Below are positions 37,306 to 46,557 of a DNA stretch of 64,000 nucleotides, piece by piece (positions within the stretch are counted from its first letter, which is position 1; each line of letters opens with the position of its first letter). A model generated the notes under the pieces. It made no database searches and was not told where the DNA came from. It saw only the letters and a list, made by a program, of their open reading frames with translations. The position numbers and the translations under genes were made by a program. Source of the stretch: an uncultured Planctomycetales bacterium. Its GTDB lineage: Bacteria > Omnitrophota > Gorgyraeia > Zapsychrales > JAHFFX01. The stretch lies in contig CAZTCI010000004.1 of assembly GCA_964612665.1 (NCBI GenBank), forward strand, positions 142,376-206,375. The letters are read 5' to 3'.

Positions 37306-37378
37306 GTTTGCCAGTTTCCAGTTCACAGTTTTGAAAATTATTTAACTGGATAACTTGCCACTGGCTAACTGGAGAACT
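37306..37378. repeat. family F palindromic repeat (CCAGTT / AACTGG type), copy F1
   Basis: gtttgccagtttccagttcacagtt...aactggataacttgccactggctaactggagaact. Same family at 57039..57117. Confidence 0.7.
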
Positions 37379-37383
37379 AAAAA

Positions 37384-38424
37384 ATGCGTCAACTAAGTTA
37401 CGCTGAAGCGATTTCCGAAGCACTGATCCAAGGAATGGAGCGCGACCCGGACGTTTTTATTTTCGGATTAGGCGTTGATGATCACAAAGGCGTTTTTGGA
37501 ACGACCCGACGGGCGTTTGAGAAATTTGGTTCGGCGCGTGTTTTTGATACGCCAGCGAGCGAAGCGGCATTAACCGGAATTGCGATGGGCGCGGCTTTAA
37601 ACGGCAAGCGTCCAATTTTAGTTCACGCGCGTAATGATTTTATGTTTTTGACGCTCGATCAAATGATCAATAACGCTGCTAAATGGAAATACACGTACGG
37701 CGGAAAATCTTCGGTGCCTTTTGTCGTGCGCGGGATTATAGGAAAAGGGTGGGGCCAGGGGCCGACGCATTCGCAAAGTATTCAATCGATCTTCGCGCAT
37801 TTCCCCGGGCTTTTGGTCGCGATGCCGACGACACCGTATGATGTGAAAGGAATTCTCTTAGAAAGTTTTCGCGTCGATACGCCCGTCGTTATCCTTGAGC
37901 ACCGCAGTTTATACAATTTAAAAGGCAATGTGCCCGACGGATATTATACGGTTCCATTCGGTCAAGCGCGTTGTTTGCGTGTGGGACAAGATGTCACGGT
38001 TGTGGCAACATCTTTTATGGCGCAAGAAGCGTTAAAGGCCGCCGAGATTTTGAGTCGAGAAAATATTAGTCTAGAAGTTATTGATCCTATCAGCCTGCAG
38101 CCTTTTGATGAAGCCGCCGTCATTGAATCCGTTAAGAAAACCGGGCGTTTGATTTCGGCGGACACCAGTTGGCTGTCATGCGGCTTTGCCAGCGAAGTCG
38201 CCGCCACCGTCGCGGAAAAAGCTTTTGAATATTTAAAAGCGCCAGTCCGTAGAATTGCCTGGCCAGCATGCCCTTGCCCAGTTTCAAAAAATTTAGAAGA
38301 TGTCTTTTACCGTTCTTATAAAGATATCATCGAAGCGGCTTGTGAATTGACAGGCAAAAAAGAAAAGACTGTTCAGTTCAAACAAGAAGAAGCGGTTGTG
38401 GATGTGTTTATGGGACCTTATTAG
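37384..38424 (+). CDS. E1 component beta subunit (transketolase-like pyrimidine-binding and C-terminal domains)
   Basis: MRQLSYAEAISEALIQGMERDPDVFIFG is the typical E1-beta N-terminus. Pyr-binding and TKC domains. Confidence 0.8.
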   Translation: MRQLSYAEAISEALIQGMERDPDVFIFGLGVDDHKGVFGTTRRAFEKFGSARVFDTPASEAALTGIAMGAALNGKRPILVHARNDFMFLTLDQMINNAAKWKYTYGGKSSVPFVVRGIIGKGWGQGPTHSQSIQSIFAHFPGLLVAMPTTPYDVKGILLESFRVDTPVVILEHRSLYNLKGNVPDGYYTVPFGQARCLRVGQDVTVVATSFMAQEALKAAEILSRENISLEVIDPISLQPFDEAAVIESVKKTGRLISADTSWLSCGFASEVAATVAEKAFEYLKAPVRRIAWPACPCPVSKNLEDVFYRSYKDIIEAACELTGKKEKTVQFKQEEAVVDVFMGPY

Positions 38425-38426
38425 GT

Positions 38427-38486
38427 GATAGGGTTTTAGGTGTCAGGTGTTAGGGACTAAAACTAAAACCTAAGACCCAAACCCTA
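38427..38486. repeat. family D palindromic repeat (GGGTTTAGG-type), copy D2
   Basis: tagggttttaggtgtcagg...cctaagacccaaaccctag inverted arms. Related arms flank the mini-MITE at 33893..33989. Confidence 0.6.
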
Positions 38487-38493
38487 GAAAAAT

Positions 38494-39495
38494 ATGAAAA
38501 GACGAATCATAGTCCTAGGCAGCAACTCATTCTCCGGCGCTGATTTCATTGATCTTCTGCTCGAAGATCCGATGAACGAAGTCATCGGCATCAGCCGCTC
38601 GCCGGAAAAGGATGAAGTTTTCTTACCTTATCATCGTCATGGGACGACGAAACGCTTTCAATTTTATCAGTTTGATTTAAACCAGCCTATCGACCGGGAA
38701 CGGATTTTTAGTTTGCTTGATAAATTCCAGCCCGAATATATTGTGAATTTCGCAGCGCAAAGTGAAGTCGGCCCGAGCTGGTCAACGCCCTGGCATTGGT
38801 TTGAAACCAACGCCGTCGCGCTTTCACATCTCATTGACCGTTTTAAGAATGCCAGTTATCTCAAAAGCTATGTGCATATTTCGAGTCCAGAAATTTACGG
38901 GTCATGCCAAGGCGTTGTGAAAGAAGATTCTTCCTTTAACCCCAGCACGCCCTACGCGGCTTCAAAGGCGGCGGCGGATTTGCTTTTGTTTTCCTATTTT
39001 AAAAATTATAAATTTCCTTTAGTTATTGTCCGCGCAACGAATGTCTATGGCGTGGGCCAGCAGCTTTTTAAAATTGTTCCGCGCACGGTGATTTCCATTA
39101 AATCCCGCCGGCCTTTGGAACTTCACGGGGGTGGCAAAGTCATCAAGTCATATATCCATATCCGCGATGTTTCTCGAGGAGAATTAGCCGCGATGCTTCA
39201 TGGACAACCGGGCGAAGTTTATCATTTCTCACCGCAGCGGGGAATCACAGTGCGGGAAGTTGTTGAAACAATTTGTGCCCGCATGGGCGTTGATTTTTCA
39301 ACTTCCATCAAATCCGTCGAAGAACGTTTGGGCCAGGACAACGCGTATGTCATTGATTCCTCGAAGGCGCAAAAAGAATTTGGCTGGAAGGTTGAAGTCC
39401 CTTTAGAGGAAGGGATTGATCAAGTGATCGAATGGATTAACCGCAACTGGGACCGCATTGAGCAATTGCCGTTTGAGTATATTCATAAAGAGTGA
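38494..39495 (+). CDS. NAD-dependent epimerase/dehydratase family protein (dTDP/UDP-sugar 4,6-dehydratase-like)
   Basis: IIVLGSNSFSGADF Rossmann-like N-terminus. YxxxK (YAASKAAAD). Confidence 0.7.
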   Translation: MKRRIIVLGSNSFSGADFIDLLLEDPMNEVIGISRSPEKDEVFLPYHRHGTTKRFQFYQFDLNQPIDRERIFSLLDKFQPEYIVNFAAQSEVGPSWSTPWHWFETNAVALSHLIDRFKNASYLKSYVHISSPEIYGSCQGVVKEDSSFNPSTPYAASKAAADLLLFSYFKNYKFPLVIVRATNVYGVGQQLFKIVPRTVISIKSRRPLELHGGGKVIKSYIHIRDVSRGELAAMLHGQPGEVYHFSPQRGITVREVVETICARMGVDFSTSIKSVEERLGQDNAYVIDSSKAQKEFGWKVEVPLEEGIDQVIEWINRNWDRIEQLPFEYIHKE

Positions 39496-39505
39496 TTAAT
39501 ATCTT

Positions 39506-40390
39506 ATGATATCGAGAGAAAAACCAACTGTCTTTATTCTTTCAATTAGCAGCGACATTGGACTTTTTCTGGCCAGGAAATATTTGGAGAGGGGCTGCCG
39601 TGTCATCGGAACATATCGTTCTCCAGAAGCTCTTGTCGAATTAAAAGCGTTAAAAGGTTGCGAACTCTTTCAATGCGATATTAGCCGGAAAGATAATGTG
39701 GATGAGTTAGTGCAATCTCTTAAAAGACTGAATGTACAGTGGCATACTTTCATTTCTTGCGTCGGGTATTTGCTCCCGGTTAAACCTTTTTTTAACGCGA
39801 GCTTTGAGGAATGGGAACAATCTGTTTTGATCAATTCCATCGATCAATTGCGTGTCTTACATAAACTTTATCCTTTTTGTGATCAAAGTAAAACAGCGAA
39901 TGTCGTTTTTTTCGCCGGTGGTGGCGCCAACAACGTGACAATCAGCATGTCCGCTTATGCGGCGGCTAAAATTCTATTAATGAAAATGTGTGAACATTTG
40001 GATGTTGAGAATAGTAACATGAAATTCTTTATGGTTGGGCCGGGTTGGACCAAGACAAAACTGCACGAAGTCATTTTAAAGACACCGGGCGTCGATCAAC
40101 ATAAATATCAGCAAACCAAAGAATTCATGGAAACAAAACAAGGGACTGCGCTACAGGAAATTTGTGAATGCATTGACTGGCTTTGTGAACAGGAAAAATC
40201 TGTTGTGAGCGGCCGCAATTTTTCTGTTGTCCATGACCCTTGGCGCATTGAAAGCCGGGAAGATCTCCTTCAAGCATTGAAAGCAGAACCTGAAATGTAT
40301 AAACTCCGTCGGTACAACAACGATTTTCTTCAAAATATTGAAAGTGTTTATGGGGAAGTCCAAAAAATTAAGCCAGCAAGAAGCGTATAG
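39506..40390 (+). CDS. short-chain dehydrogenase/reductase-like protein
   Basis: Rossmann N-terminus ILSISSDIGLFLARKYLERGCRVIGTYR. YAAAK catalytic motif. Confidence 0.55.
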   Translation: MISREKPTVFILSISSDIGLFLARKYLERGCRVIGTYRSPEALVELKALKGCELFQCDISRKDNVDELVQSLKRLNVQWHTFISCVGYLLPVKPFFNASFEEWEQSVLINSIDQLRVLHKLYPFCDQSKTANVVFFAGGGANNVTISMSAYAAAKILLMKMCEHLDVENSNMKFFMVGPGWTKTKLHEVILKTPGVDQHKYQQTKEFMETKQGTALQEICECIDWLCEQEKSVVSGRNFSVVHDPWRIESREDLLQALKAEPEMYKLRRYNNDFLQNIESVYGEVQKIKPARSV

Positions 40391-41042
40391 ACTCGGTACA
40401 GATTATCAGTTTGTCGACTTAATTGAGCTGGGACCGTGGTCGTCTTACAGCCTGCTTAACGACCCTAAGCATATGGGTTTTGTTTTGGCCCGTTATAAAT
40501 TTTGCGCCAAGATGTTGGAAGGAAAAAAGAAGGTCTTGGAAGTTGGTTGCGGTGATGGATTCGGCGCGCCAGTTGTTGCGCAGGCCGTTGGACATTTGGT
40601 TGCGATCGACCCCGAAGCCCGCCATATTGAAGGCAACAAACGGAGGCTGGCTAAAATTAAAAATATTGAATTTAAGCATATGGATATCTGCCACAGTCTG
40701 CCCGACGGAGAATTTGACGGCATTTTTTCAATCGATGTCATTGAACATTTGGACAAACCGCTTAATAAGAAATTTATGGAAAATCAGCGTGACTTGCTTA
40801 ACGACGACGGTGTTTGTATCATCGGTACCCCCAACATTACCGCGAATAAATACGCTTCACCGCGCAGCCGCGTTCAACACATCAATTTAAAAAGCCATAA
40901 AACGTTACGCATGCAGATGGAAAAATATTTTAGGAACGTTTTTATGTTCAGCATGAATGATGAAGTGTTACATACAGGCTATGCGCCGATGGGGCATTAT
41001 ATTTTTGGAATGGGAGTCGGGGTTAAGAAAAGTAGAGAGTAG
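40338..41042 (+). CDS. class I SAM-dependent methyltransferase
   Basis: VLEVGCGDGFGAPVVAQAVGHLVAIDPEA SAM-binding motif I. The C-terminal approximately 7 residues are encoded by repeat A6. Confidence 0.65.
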   Translation: MKVFMGKSKKLSQQEAYRLGTDYQFVDLIELGPWSSYSLLNDPKHMGFVLARYKFCAKMLEGKKKVLEVGCGDGFGAPVVAQAVGHLVAIDPEARHIEGNKRRLAKIKNIEFKHMDICHSLPDGEFDGIFSIDVIEHLDKPLNKKFMENQRDLLNDDGVCIIGTPNITANKYASPRSRVQHINLKSHKTLRMQMEKYFRNVFMFSMNDEVLHTGYAPMGHYIFGMGVGVKKSRE

Positions 41043-41105
41043 CAAGGAGCGAGGAGAGAGTGCCATTAGCTGACTCTCTACTTTCTCCTCTCTACTCGCT
41101 CCTTT
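41028..41105. repeat. family A palindromic repeat, copy A6
   Basis: aaaagtagagagtagcaaggagcgaggagagagt...actctctactttctcctctctactcgctcctt. Confidence 0.75.
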
Positions 41106-41121
41106 AAAAGGAAGTACACAA

Positions 41122-42942
41122 ATGAAGCTTTCTGATTTCATTGCTCAATTTCTCGTCGATCAAGGCATTAAACATGTCTTCATTGTCTCCGGCGGAGCGA
41201 TCATTCATTCGATTGATTCCATCGCGCGGCATCCGGACATTGATTACATTTGTGTCCAGCATGAACAAACCGCCGGCGCGGCTGCTGAGGCTTATTCGCG
41301 GATTTCAGGAAAACTTGGGACCGCCATGGTCACAAGCGGACCGGGTGCGACCAATTTGACGACGAGCATTTGTAACGCTTACTTTGATTCTGTACCCGCG
41401 CTTTTTATTTGCGGGCAAGTGACGACCTTCCGACTTAAGTCCAATGAAGTAAGACAAAAAGGTTTTCAAGAGACAAACATTGTTTCCATTTTTCAATCGA
41501 TTACTAATTATGCCGCTCAAGTTTTGAATCCTTTAGACATCAAGTATGAACTTGAAAAGGCCGTTCATTTAGCGACGATCGGCCGGCCAGGGCCGGTTGT
41601 GCTGGATATTCCTGACGATATTCAAAGAACGGAAATCGATCCCAAATCGTTGCGTTCATTTTTTCCTCATGCTCCTCAGAATGCCCGCAACATTCAAAAA
41701 GAAATTGAAAAAATCGACGCTTGGATTAAAGAGGCCCAGCGTCCGGTTTTAATTTATGGCGCTGGCATCAGAATCGCCAACGCGATCACTGAGGCGCAGG
41801 CGTTCGCGCGGCATTATCATCTGCCGGTACTTTTAACTTGGAGCGCTAAAGATATTATGATCTTCAACGATGATTTGAATTTCGGCGGACTGGGCGTCTG
41901 CGGTCCGCGCGCCGGAAATTTCGCCGCGCAGAATTCGGATTTGGTCATTGCGATGGGAACACGTCTTTCGCAAATGGTCACCGGCGGAAAACAAAGCCTT
42001 TTTGCGCCCAACGCCAAAAAGATTATGATTGATTTAGATAACGGCGAACTTAACAAATTCAACGCCCACGATTTTACATTAGATTTAAAAGTGGCCTGCG
42101 ATCTTAAACGATTTTTTAAATCCTGGTCGGCTCACATCAAAGAAAAAGAACCAGACGCATTTCTTTCTTGGCGCAATCAAATTAAACAATGGCACAAGCA
42201 GTATCCGGTTTGCCCGCCGCCAAAATATAAGAGAACAAAAGACGTCGACGGCCATGTCTTTGTGAAAGAACTGTCTCATCAACTGAAGGAAGGCGATGTT
42301 ATTATTGCCGACACCGGCGCTAACATTGCTTGGACGCTACAGGCCATTGAAATAAAAAAAGGCCAAAGACTTTTCTCGGCGTGGAATCACACGCCGATGG
42401 GTTATTCTCTGCCGGCAGCGGTTGGCGCCGCGTTGGCGGGGCGCAATCAAGAAGTTATCGCCTTGATTGGCGACGGCGGTATGATGATGTGTTTATATGA
42501 ATTAGCCACGATTAAGCGTTATCAATTGCCCGTTAAGGTTTTTATTTTTAATAATCGAGGCCATTCGATCCAAAAACAAACAATCGACACCTGGCTTCAT
42601 TCGAACTATGTGGCTGTTAATGAAGAAACGGGTTTAAGTTTTCCTGACTTTGTTAAGCTCGCTGAATCTTTCGGTTTGCCGGCGACCACAATTAGTAATC
42701 ATTCACATATTAAGGAAGTGATTCGTCAGACGTTATCGATGGCTGGGCCAGTTGTTTGTAATGTTGAAATTGATCCAGACCAGAAGATTGAACCGATGCT
42801 GAAATATGGCGCTGGGCTTGAAGATTTGGATCCTAAAATTGCCGTCGAGGAATTAAAAGCCGTCATGAGTGTCTCTACTGCTCAAGCCAATGCGTCAAAA
42901 GACGAGGCGCTGATTTCCTCTAATAAAATAACAATTCACTAA
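41122..42942 (+). CDS. thiamine-diphosphate enzyme of the acetolactate-synthase large-subunit family
   Basis: N-terminal Pyr domain (AMVTSGPGATNLTTSICNAYFDSVPALFICGQV), central domain, C-terminal PP domain with GDGGMMM...N ThDP/Mg motif. Confidence 0.8.
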   Translation: MKLSDFIAQFLVDQGIKHVFIVSGGAIIHSIDSIARHPDIDYICVQHEQTAGAAAEAYSRISGKLGTAMVTSGPGATNLTTSICNAYFDSVPALFICGQVTTFRLKSNEVRQKGFQETNIVSIFQSITNYAAQVLNPLDIKYELEKAVHLATIGRPGPVVLDIPDDIQRTEIDPKSLRSFFPHAPQNARNIQKEIEKIDAWIKEAQRPVLIYGAGIRIANAITEAQAFARHYHLPVLLTWSAKDIMIFNDDLNFGGLGVCGPRAGNFAAQNSDLVIAMGTRLSQMVTGGKQSLFAPNAKKIMIDLDNGELNKFNAHDFTLDLKVACDLKRFFKSWSAHIKEKEPDAFLSWRNQIKQWHKQYPVCPPPKYKRTKDVDGHVFVKELSHQLKEGDVIIADTGANIAWTLQAIEIKKGQRLFSAWNHTPMGYSLPAAVGAALAGRNQEVIALIGDGGMMMCLYELATIKRYQLPVKVFIFNNRGHSIQKQTIDTWLHSNYVAVNEETGLSFPDFVKLAESFGLPATTISNHSHIKEVIRQTLSMAGPVVCNVEIDPDQKIEPMLKYGAGLEDLDPKIAVEELKAVMSVSTAQANASKDEALISSNKITIH

Positions 42943-44144
42943 TGCTGACCCAAACCGCTTACCGTATTATTCAAACCCGACAGCAGTGCGCTGTTTGTGA
43001 AAGTTCCAATCTGGAAACGGCCATCGACTTGCCTGATCTTCCATTAACCGGAAGATTTTCCAAACAACCGATGGTGGTGAAACCGCAAGGCATTGGGCAG
43101 AAATTATTGTTTTGTGCAAATTGCGGCCATGCGCAGGCAGCTTTCCAAGTCGATCCGTCGGCATTATATGATGAGACGTATAGTTTTCGAACTTCCCAAA
43201 GTACAACCGCAAAAAATGGAACAGCGTTTTTCCTTAATACACTTAACGCGTTGGTCGGAGAAAAACGTTTTCAATGTGTTTTAGATGTCGGCTGTAATGA
43301 TCTTTATCTTTTGAATCAGCTAAAAGACAGAGTTGAGATTTGCGTCGGAGTAGATCCTATTTGGCGGGGCCAAGAAGCTGGAGTTTCAAAAACAAATTTT
43401 ACAGTGATTGGCAAATCGATTGAAGAGATGGATTTTAGAAAAGATTTAAAAGTGCGGCCGGATTTGATTGTTTGCCGGCATACACTTGAACATATTTATA
43501 ATCCTAGCGCTGTTTTGGAAAATTTATTTAACATTGCCGCCGACGGAGCGGTTTTTTTGTTCGAAGTGCCTGGCTTCGACGGGTTGCTTGAGCGTTTACG
43601 CTTCGATCAAATCTTCCATCAGCATCTGCAGTATTTCTCGTTGTATTCGTTTTTACGGATGATTGAAAAATCCGGCGGCTGTTATCTTGGGCACCGGGAA
43701 AATTATCATGACTGGTCAGCGCTTTGTATTGGATTTAAGAAGGAAAAGACCTCCGGCGTTACAAAGACGGTTAAGAAACATACGTTGACCGAGATTAAAA
43801 AACGTTATGGTCTATTCCAGAATCAAATACGCACCGCTGGCGAAACCTTAGATGCGTTAAAAACTGAAGAAGTTTACGGCTACGGCGCTGCTGGAATGCT
43901 ACCAATTTTAAGTTATCATCTCAACAATGACTTGTCTGATTTGGTTTGCGTTCTCGATGATGATTCAGCCAAAGAAGGTTGGTCATATTGGAATCTGCCT
44001 TTGAGTATTCAAAAGCCGGATAAAAATTTTGATTGGGAACACAAAAATATTTTTCTGACAGCCGTTGATAACGCCGGATCGATTTTAAAGAGGCTGCTCT
44101 TGAATCGTCCTCGTCGGATTATTTATCCATTTAATATAATTTAA
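42942..44144 (+). CDS. NDP-hexose C-methyltransferase (TylC3-like) with N-terminal zinc ribbon
   Basis: CAVCESSNLETAIDLPDLPLTGRF...CANCGH zinc-ribbon N-terminus and VLDVGCNDLYLLNQL SAM motif, as in sugar 3-C-methyltransferases. Confidence 0.65.
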   Translation: MLTQTAYRIIQTRQQCAVCESSNLETAIDLPDLPLTGRFSKQPMVVKPQGIGQKLLFCANCGHAQAAFQVDPSALYDETYSFRTSQSTTAKNGTAFFLNTLNALVGEKRFQCVLDVGCNDLYLLNQLKDRVEICVGVDPIWRGQEAGVSKTNFTVIGKSIEEMDFRKDLKVRPDLIVCRHTLEHIYNPSAVLENLFNIAADGAVFLFEVPGFDGLLERLRFDQIFHQHLQYFSLYSFLRMIEKSGGCYLGHRENYHDWSALCIGFKKEKTSGVTKTVKKHTLTEIKKRYGLFQNQIRTAGETLDALKTEEVYGYGAAGMLPILSYHLNNDLSDLVCVLDDDSAKEGWSYWNLPLSIQKPDKNFDWEHKNIFLTAVDNAGSILKRLLLNRPRRIIYPFNII

Positions 44145-44151
44145 TTTTGTT

Positions 44152-44931
44152 ATGGATCTAGGAATTAAAGGAAAAAAGGCATTAGTGACGGGCGCCGGAC
44201 GCGGTATTGGCCGGGCGATTGCCAAAGCGTTGGCAGGCGAAGGCGCCTTGGTGACAGCGGTGTCGCGGACCGAAGATGATCTCAATAAACTTCTTGATGA
44301 AATCGGCGGTCAATCAGTGGGACATCGCACAATCGCGATGGATCTTTTGCCGCCGGGTGCGCCGACAAAACTTCTTAAAGAACTTCAGGAATCTGGTTTT
44401 TATCCACTTGATATTGTTGTACATAATTTGGGCGGCACATTTGATATCCGGGACCCGTTTTGTCCGCTCGATGATTGGCGGAAATTGTATCGTCTGAATT
44501 TTGAAATTGCGGTTGAGTTTAATTTAACCATTTTGCCCGAGATGCAAAAGCGCAAGTGGGGACGGATTGTTCATATCTCCTCGATCTCCGCTTTAGAAAA
44601 CCAAGGACCGGTTCCCTATTGTACTGTTAAAGCGGCGTTGACGGCTTATGTGCGCAGCATGGGCGGTGTGGTTGCGCCCGACGGCGTTGTAATGTCAGCG
44701 GTTTTGCCCGGCGGTGTTTACACGGAGGGCGGCGATTGGGAACGGATGGTTAAAAACCGTCCGGAGCATGTTGAAAAGTTTTTAAAAGAACGCCAGCGCA
44801 TTGGGCGTTTCGGCCGGCCGGAAGAAATTGGAAATTACGTGGCGTTTCTCTGCTCCGAACTCGCCTCATTTAACACCGGAAGCATTGTGCCTGTCGACGG
44901 CGGGCAAGGGAGAGGATATTTTGGACAGTAG
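44152..44931 (+). CDS. SDR-family oxidoreductase
   Basis: KALVTGAGRGIGRAIAKAL TGxxxGxG motif. S...YxxxK (YCTVKAA). Confidence 0.8.
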   Translation: MDLGIKGKKALVTGAGRGIGRAIAKALAGEGALVTAVSRTEDDLNKLLDEIGGQSVGHRTIAMDLLPPGAPTKLLKELQESGFYPLDIVVHNLGGTFDIRDPFCPLDDWRKLYRLNFEIAVEFNLTILPEMQKRKWGRIVHISSISALENQGPVPYCTVKAALTAYVRSMGGVVAPDGVVMSAVLPGGVYTEGGDWERMVKNRPEHVEKFLKERQRIGRFGRPEEIGNYVAFLCSELASFNTGSIVPVDGGQGRGYFGQ

Positions 44932-44954
44932 AAGTTGTTATCAATCAGAATTGT

Positions 44955-45398
44955 TTGGATTTTATAGATCTCGTTATGGCCTTGGATTTAGGAAGTTTTA
45001 AAAAAGCCGTTGGATCGCTTGAAAGAGCCTTGCAGGTGGCGTGTTCTCCACAAAAAATGGCTGGATTAGACAAGGACCAAAAAGAAACAATCCGAGCGGG
45101 CGTTATCCAGAATTTTAAATTTACGTATGAATTGTCCTGGAAGTTTATGAAACGCTGGCTTGAACGCAATCTCGGCTCAACTTATGTCGATGGGCTTTTC
45201 CGTCGGGAATTATTTAGATTATCTATTGAGCATCAATTAATTAACAATATTGAAAATTGGATGGTGTACCATGAAGCGCGCAGCCAAACCGCGCATACCT
45301 ACGATGAGATAAAAGCGCAAGAGGTCTTTGAGACCGCCCAAGGGTTTTTAAATGACGCCCAAATATTGCCCAAAAGTCTTGAGACCAAGAATGATTAA
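44955..45398 (+). CDS. HEPN-domain protein (HI0074 / nucleotidyltransferase substrate-binding family)
   Basis: IQNFKFTYELSWKFMKRWLERN matches the conserved core of the HI0074 family. The 3' end overlaps the next gene as ATGATTAA. Confidence 0.6.
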   Translation: MDFIDLVMALDLGSFKKAVGSLERALQVACSPQKMAGLDKDQKETIRAGVIQNFKFTYELSWKFMKRWLERNLGSTYVDGLFRRELFRLSIEHQLINNIENWMVYHEARSQTAHTYDEIKAQEVFETAQGFLNDAQILPKSLETKND

Positions 45399-45699
45399 CG
45401 TTCACGCTAAAAATTTAACAGCGGTAAAAAAGATTTTAGACCAATATCTTCCTGGGATTGAAGTTTGGGCTTTTGGTTCGCGTGTCGGCGGCCAAGCCAA
45501 ATCATACTCGGATTTGGACTTGGTTATTGTTGGAAAAAGTAAAATTGATCGTGTGGCATGGGTTCGTTTAAAAGAGGCCTTTGAAGAATCCAAACTTCCT
45601 TTTCGAGTTGATCTCATCGATTGGAACAGTATATCGACGGATTTTCAGAAAATTGTTACGCAGAATTACGAAATACTTCAAAGTGGAAAAAAATCATAA
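45391..45699 (+). CDS. minimal nucleotidyltransferase (MNT, Pol-beta superfamily)
   Basis: AFGSRVGGQAKSYSDLDLVIV is the GSx10DxD nucleotidyltransferase motif. Paired with the HEPN gene. Confidence 0.6.
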   Translation: MINVHAKNLTAVKKILDQYLPGIEVWAFGSRVGGQAKSYSDLDLVIVGKSKIDRVAWVRLKEAFEESKLPFRVDLIDWNSISTDFQKIVTQNYEILQSGKKS

Positions 45700-45709
45700 A
45701 ACAACAATA

Positions 45710-46504
45710 GTGGATCAGGAGACCTGGCGCATTCACAATTATTTACGCCGACGGATCGTTGATATGGTCGTTGAAGGACGCGACGGACATATCCCGAGTG
45801 CGTTTTCTATTTTGGATCTCGTTACTCTTTTGTATAAATACTATTTAAAATTTGATCCCACCAAACCGCAATGGCCGGAGCGGGATTATTTTATTTTAAG
45901 CAAAGGCCACGGGTGCTTGGCGTTGTATGTGAATTTGAAAGAGCATGGATTTATTACCGAGGAGGATTTGAAGAAATTCTGTAAGGCTGACGGCATTCTA
46001 GGTGAACATCCGGATTCGACCAAGGTGCCAGGGGTTGAAGCCTGCACAGGTTCTTTGGGCCACGGCATTTGTTTTGCCGTCGGGCTGGCGCTCGGATTGC
46101 GCATTCAAGGACAAAACAATAAGATTTATGTTTTAGTTGGCGACGGCGAATGTCACGAAGGGACCGTGTGGGAAGCGGCGAATATCGCGAACAATTTACA
46201 ATTGGGAAATCTTTGTGTCATCGTTGATTGGAACGGTTCAGCCGCGCAATTGATGCCGCGTGATGACTTGCCGTCGAAATGGCGGGCGTTCGGCTGGCAG
46301 ACGCGCGTGATTGACGGCCATTCTTTGAAAGAAATTCACGGCGCATTTAATGCTACGGAATTCCGCAGTGAAGGCTCTCCGTCGGTAATTCTAGCCAAGA
46401 CAATCAAAGGAAAAGGTGTTCCGATGCTGGAAGGCCACGGCAGCTGGCACCACCGTATTCCAAATGAGCAAGAATATAAAGTGATTATGGAAGCCTTGAC
46501 TTAA
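45710..46504 (+). CDS. transketolase, N-terminal (ThDP-binding) subunit; GTG start tentative
   Basis: Split-transketolase N-section motifs (GHIPSAFSILDL, GSLGHGICFAVGLAL, GDGECHEGTVWEA). Confidence 0.7.
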   Translation: MDQETWRIHNYLRRRIVDMVVEGRDGHIPSAFSILDLVTLLYKYYLKFDPTKPQWPERDYFILSKGHGCLALYVNLKEHGFITEEDLKKFCKADGILGEHPDSTKVPGVEACTGSLGHGICFAVGLALGLRIQGQNNKIYVLVGDGECHEGTVWEAANIANNLQLGNLCVIVDWNGSAAQLMPRDDLPSKWRAFGWQTRVIDGHSLKEIHGAFNATEFRSEGSPSVILAKTIKGKGVPMLEGHGSWHHRIPNEQEYKVIMEALT

Positions 46505-46533
46505 CCACCCCAACCCCGGGGGTTGAGGTGGTT
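46503..46533. repeat. family E palindromic repeat (CCCCAACC / GGTTGGGG type), copy E1
   Basis: aaccaccccaacccc-ggg-ggttgaggtggtt directly after the transketolase-N stop. Confidence 0.6.
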
Positions 46534-46557
46534 TTTGAGTTAATTCGAGAGAAGATT

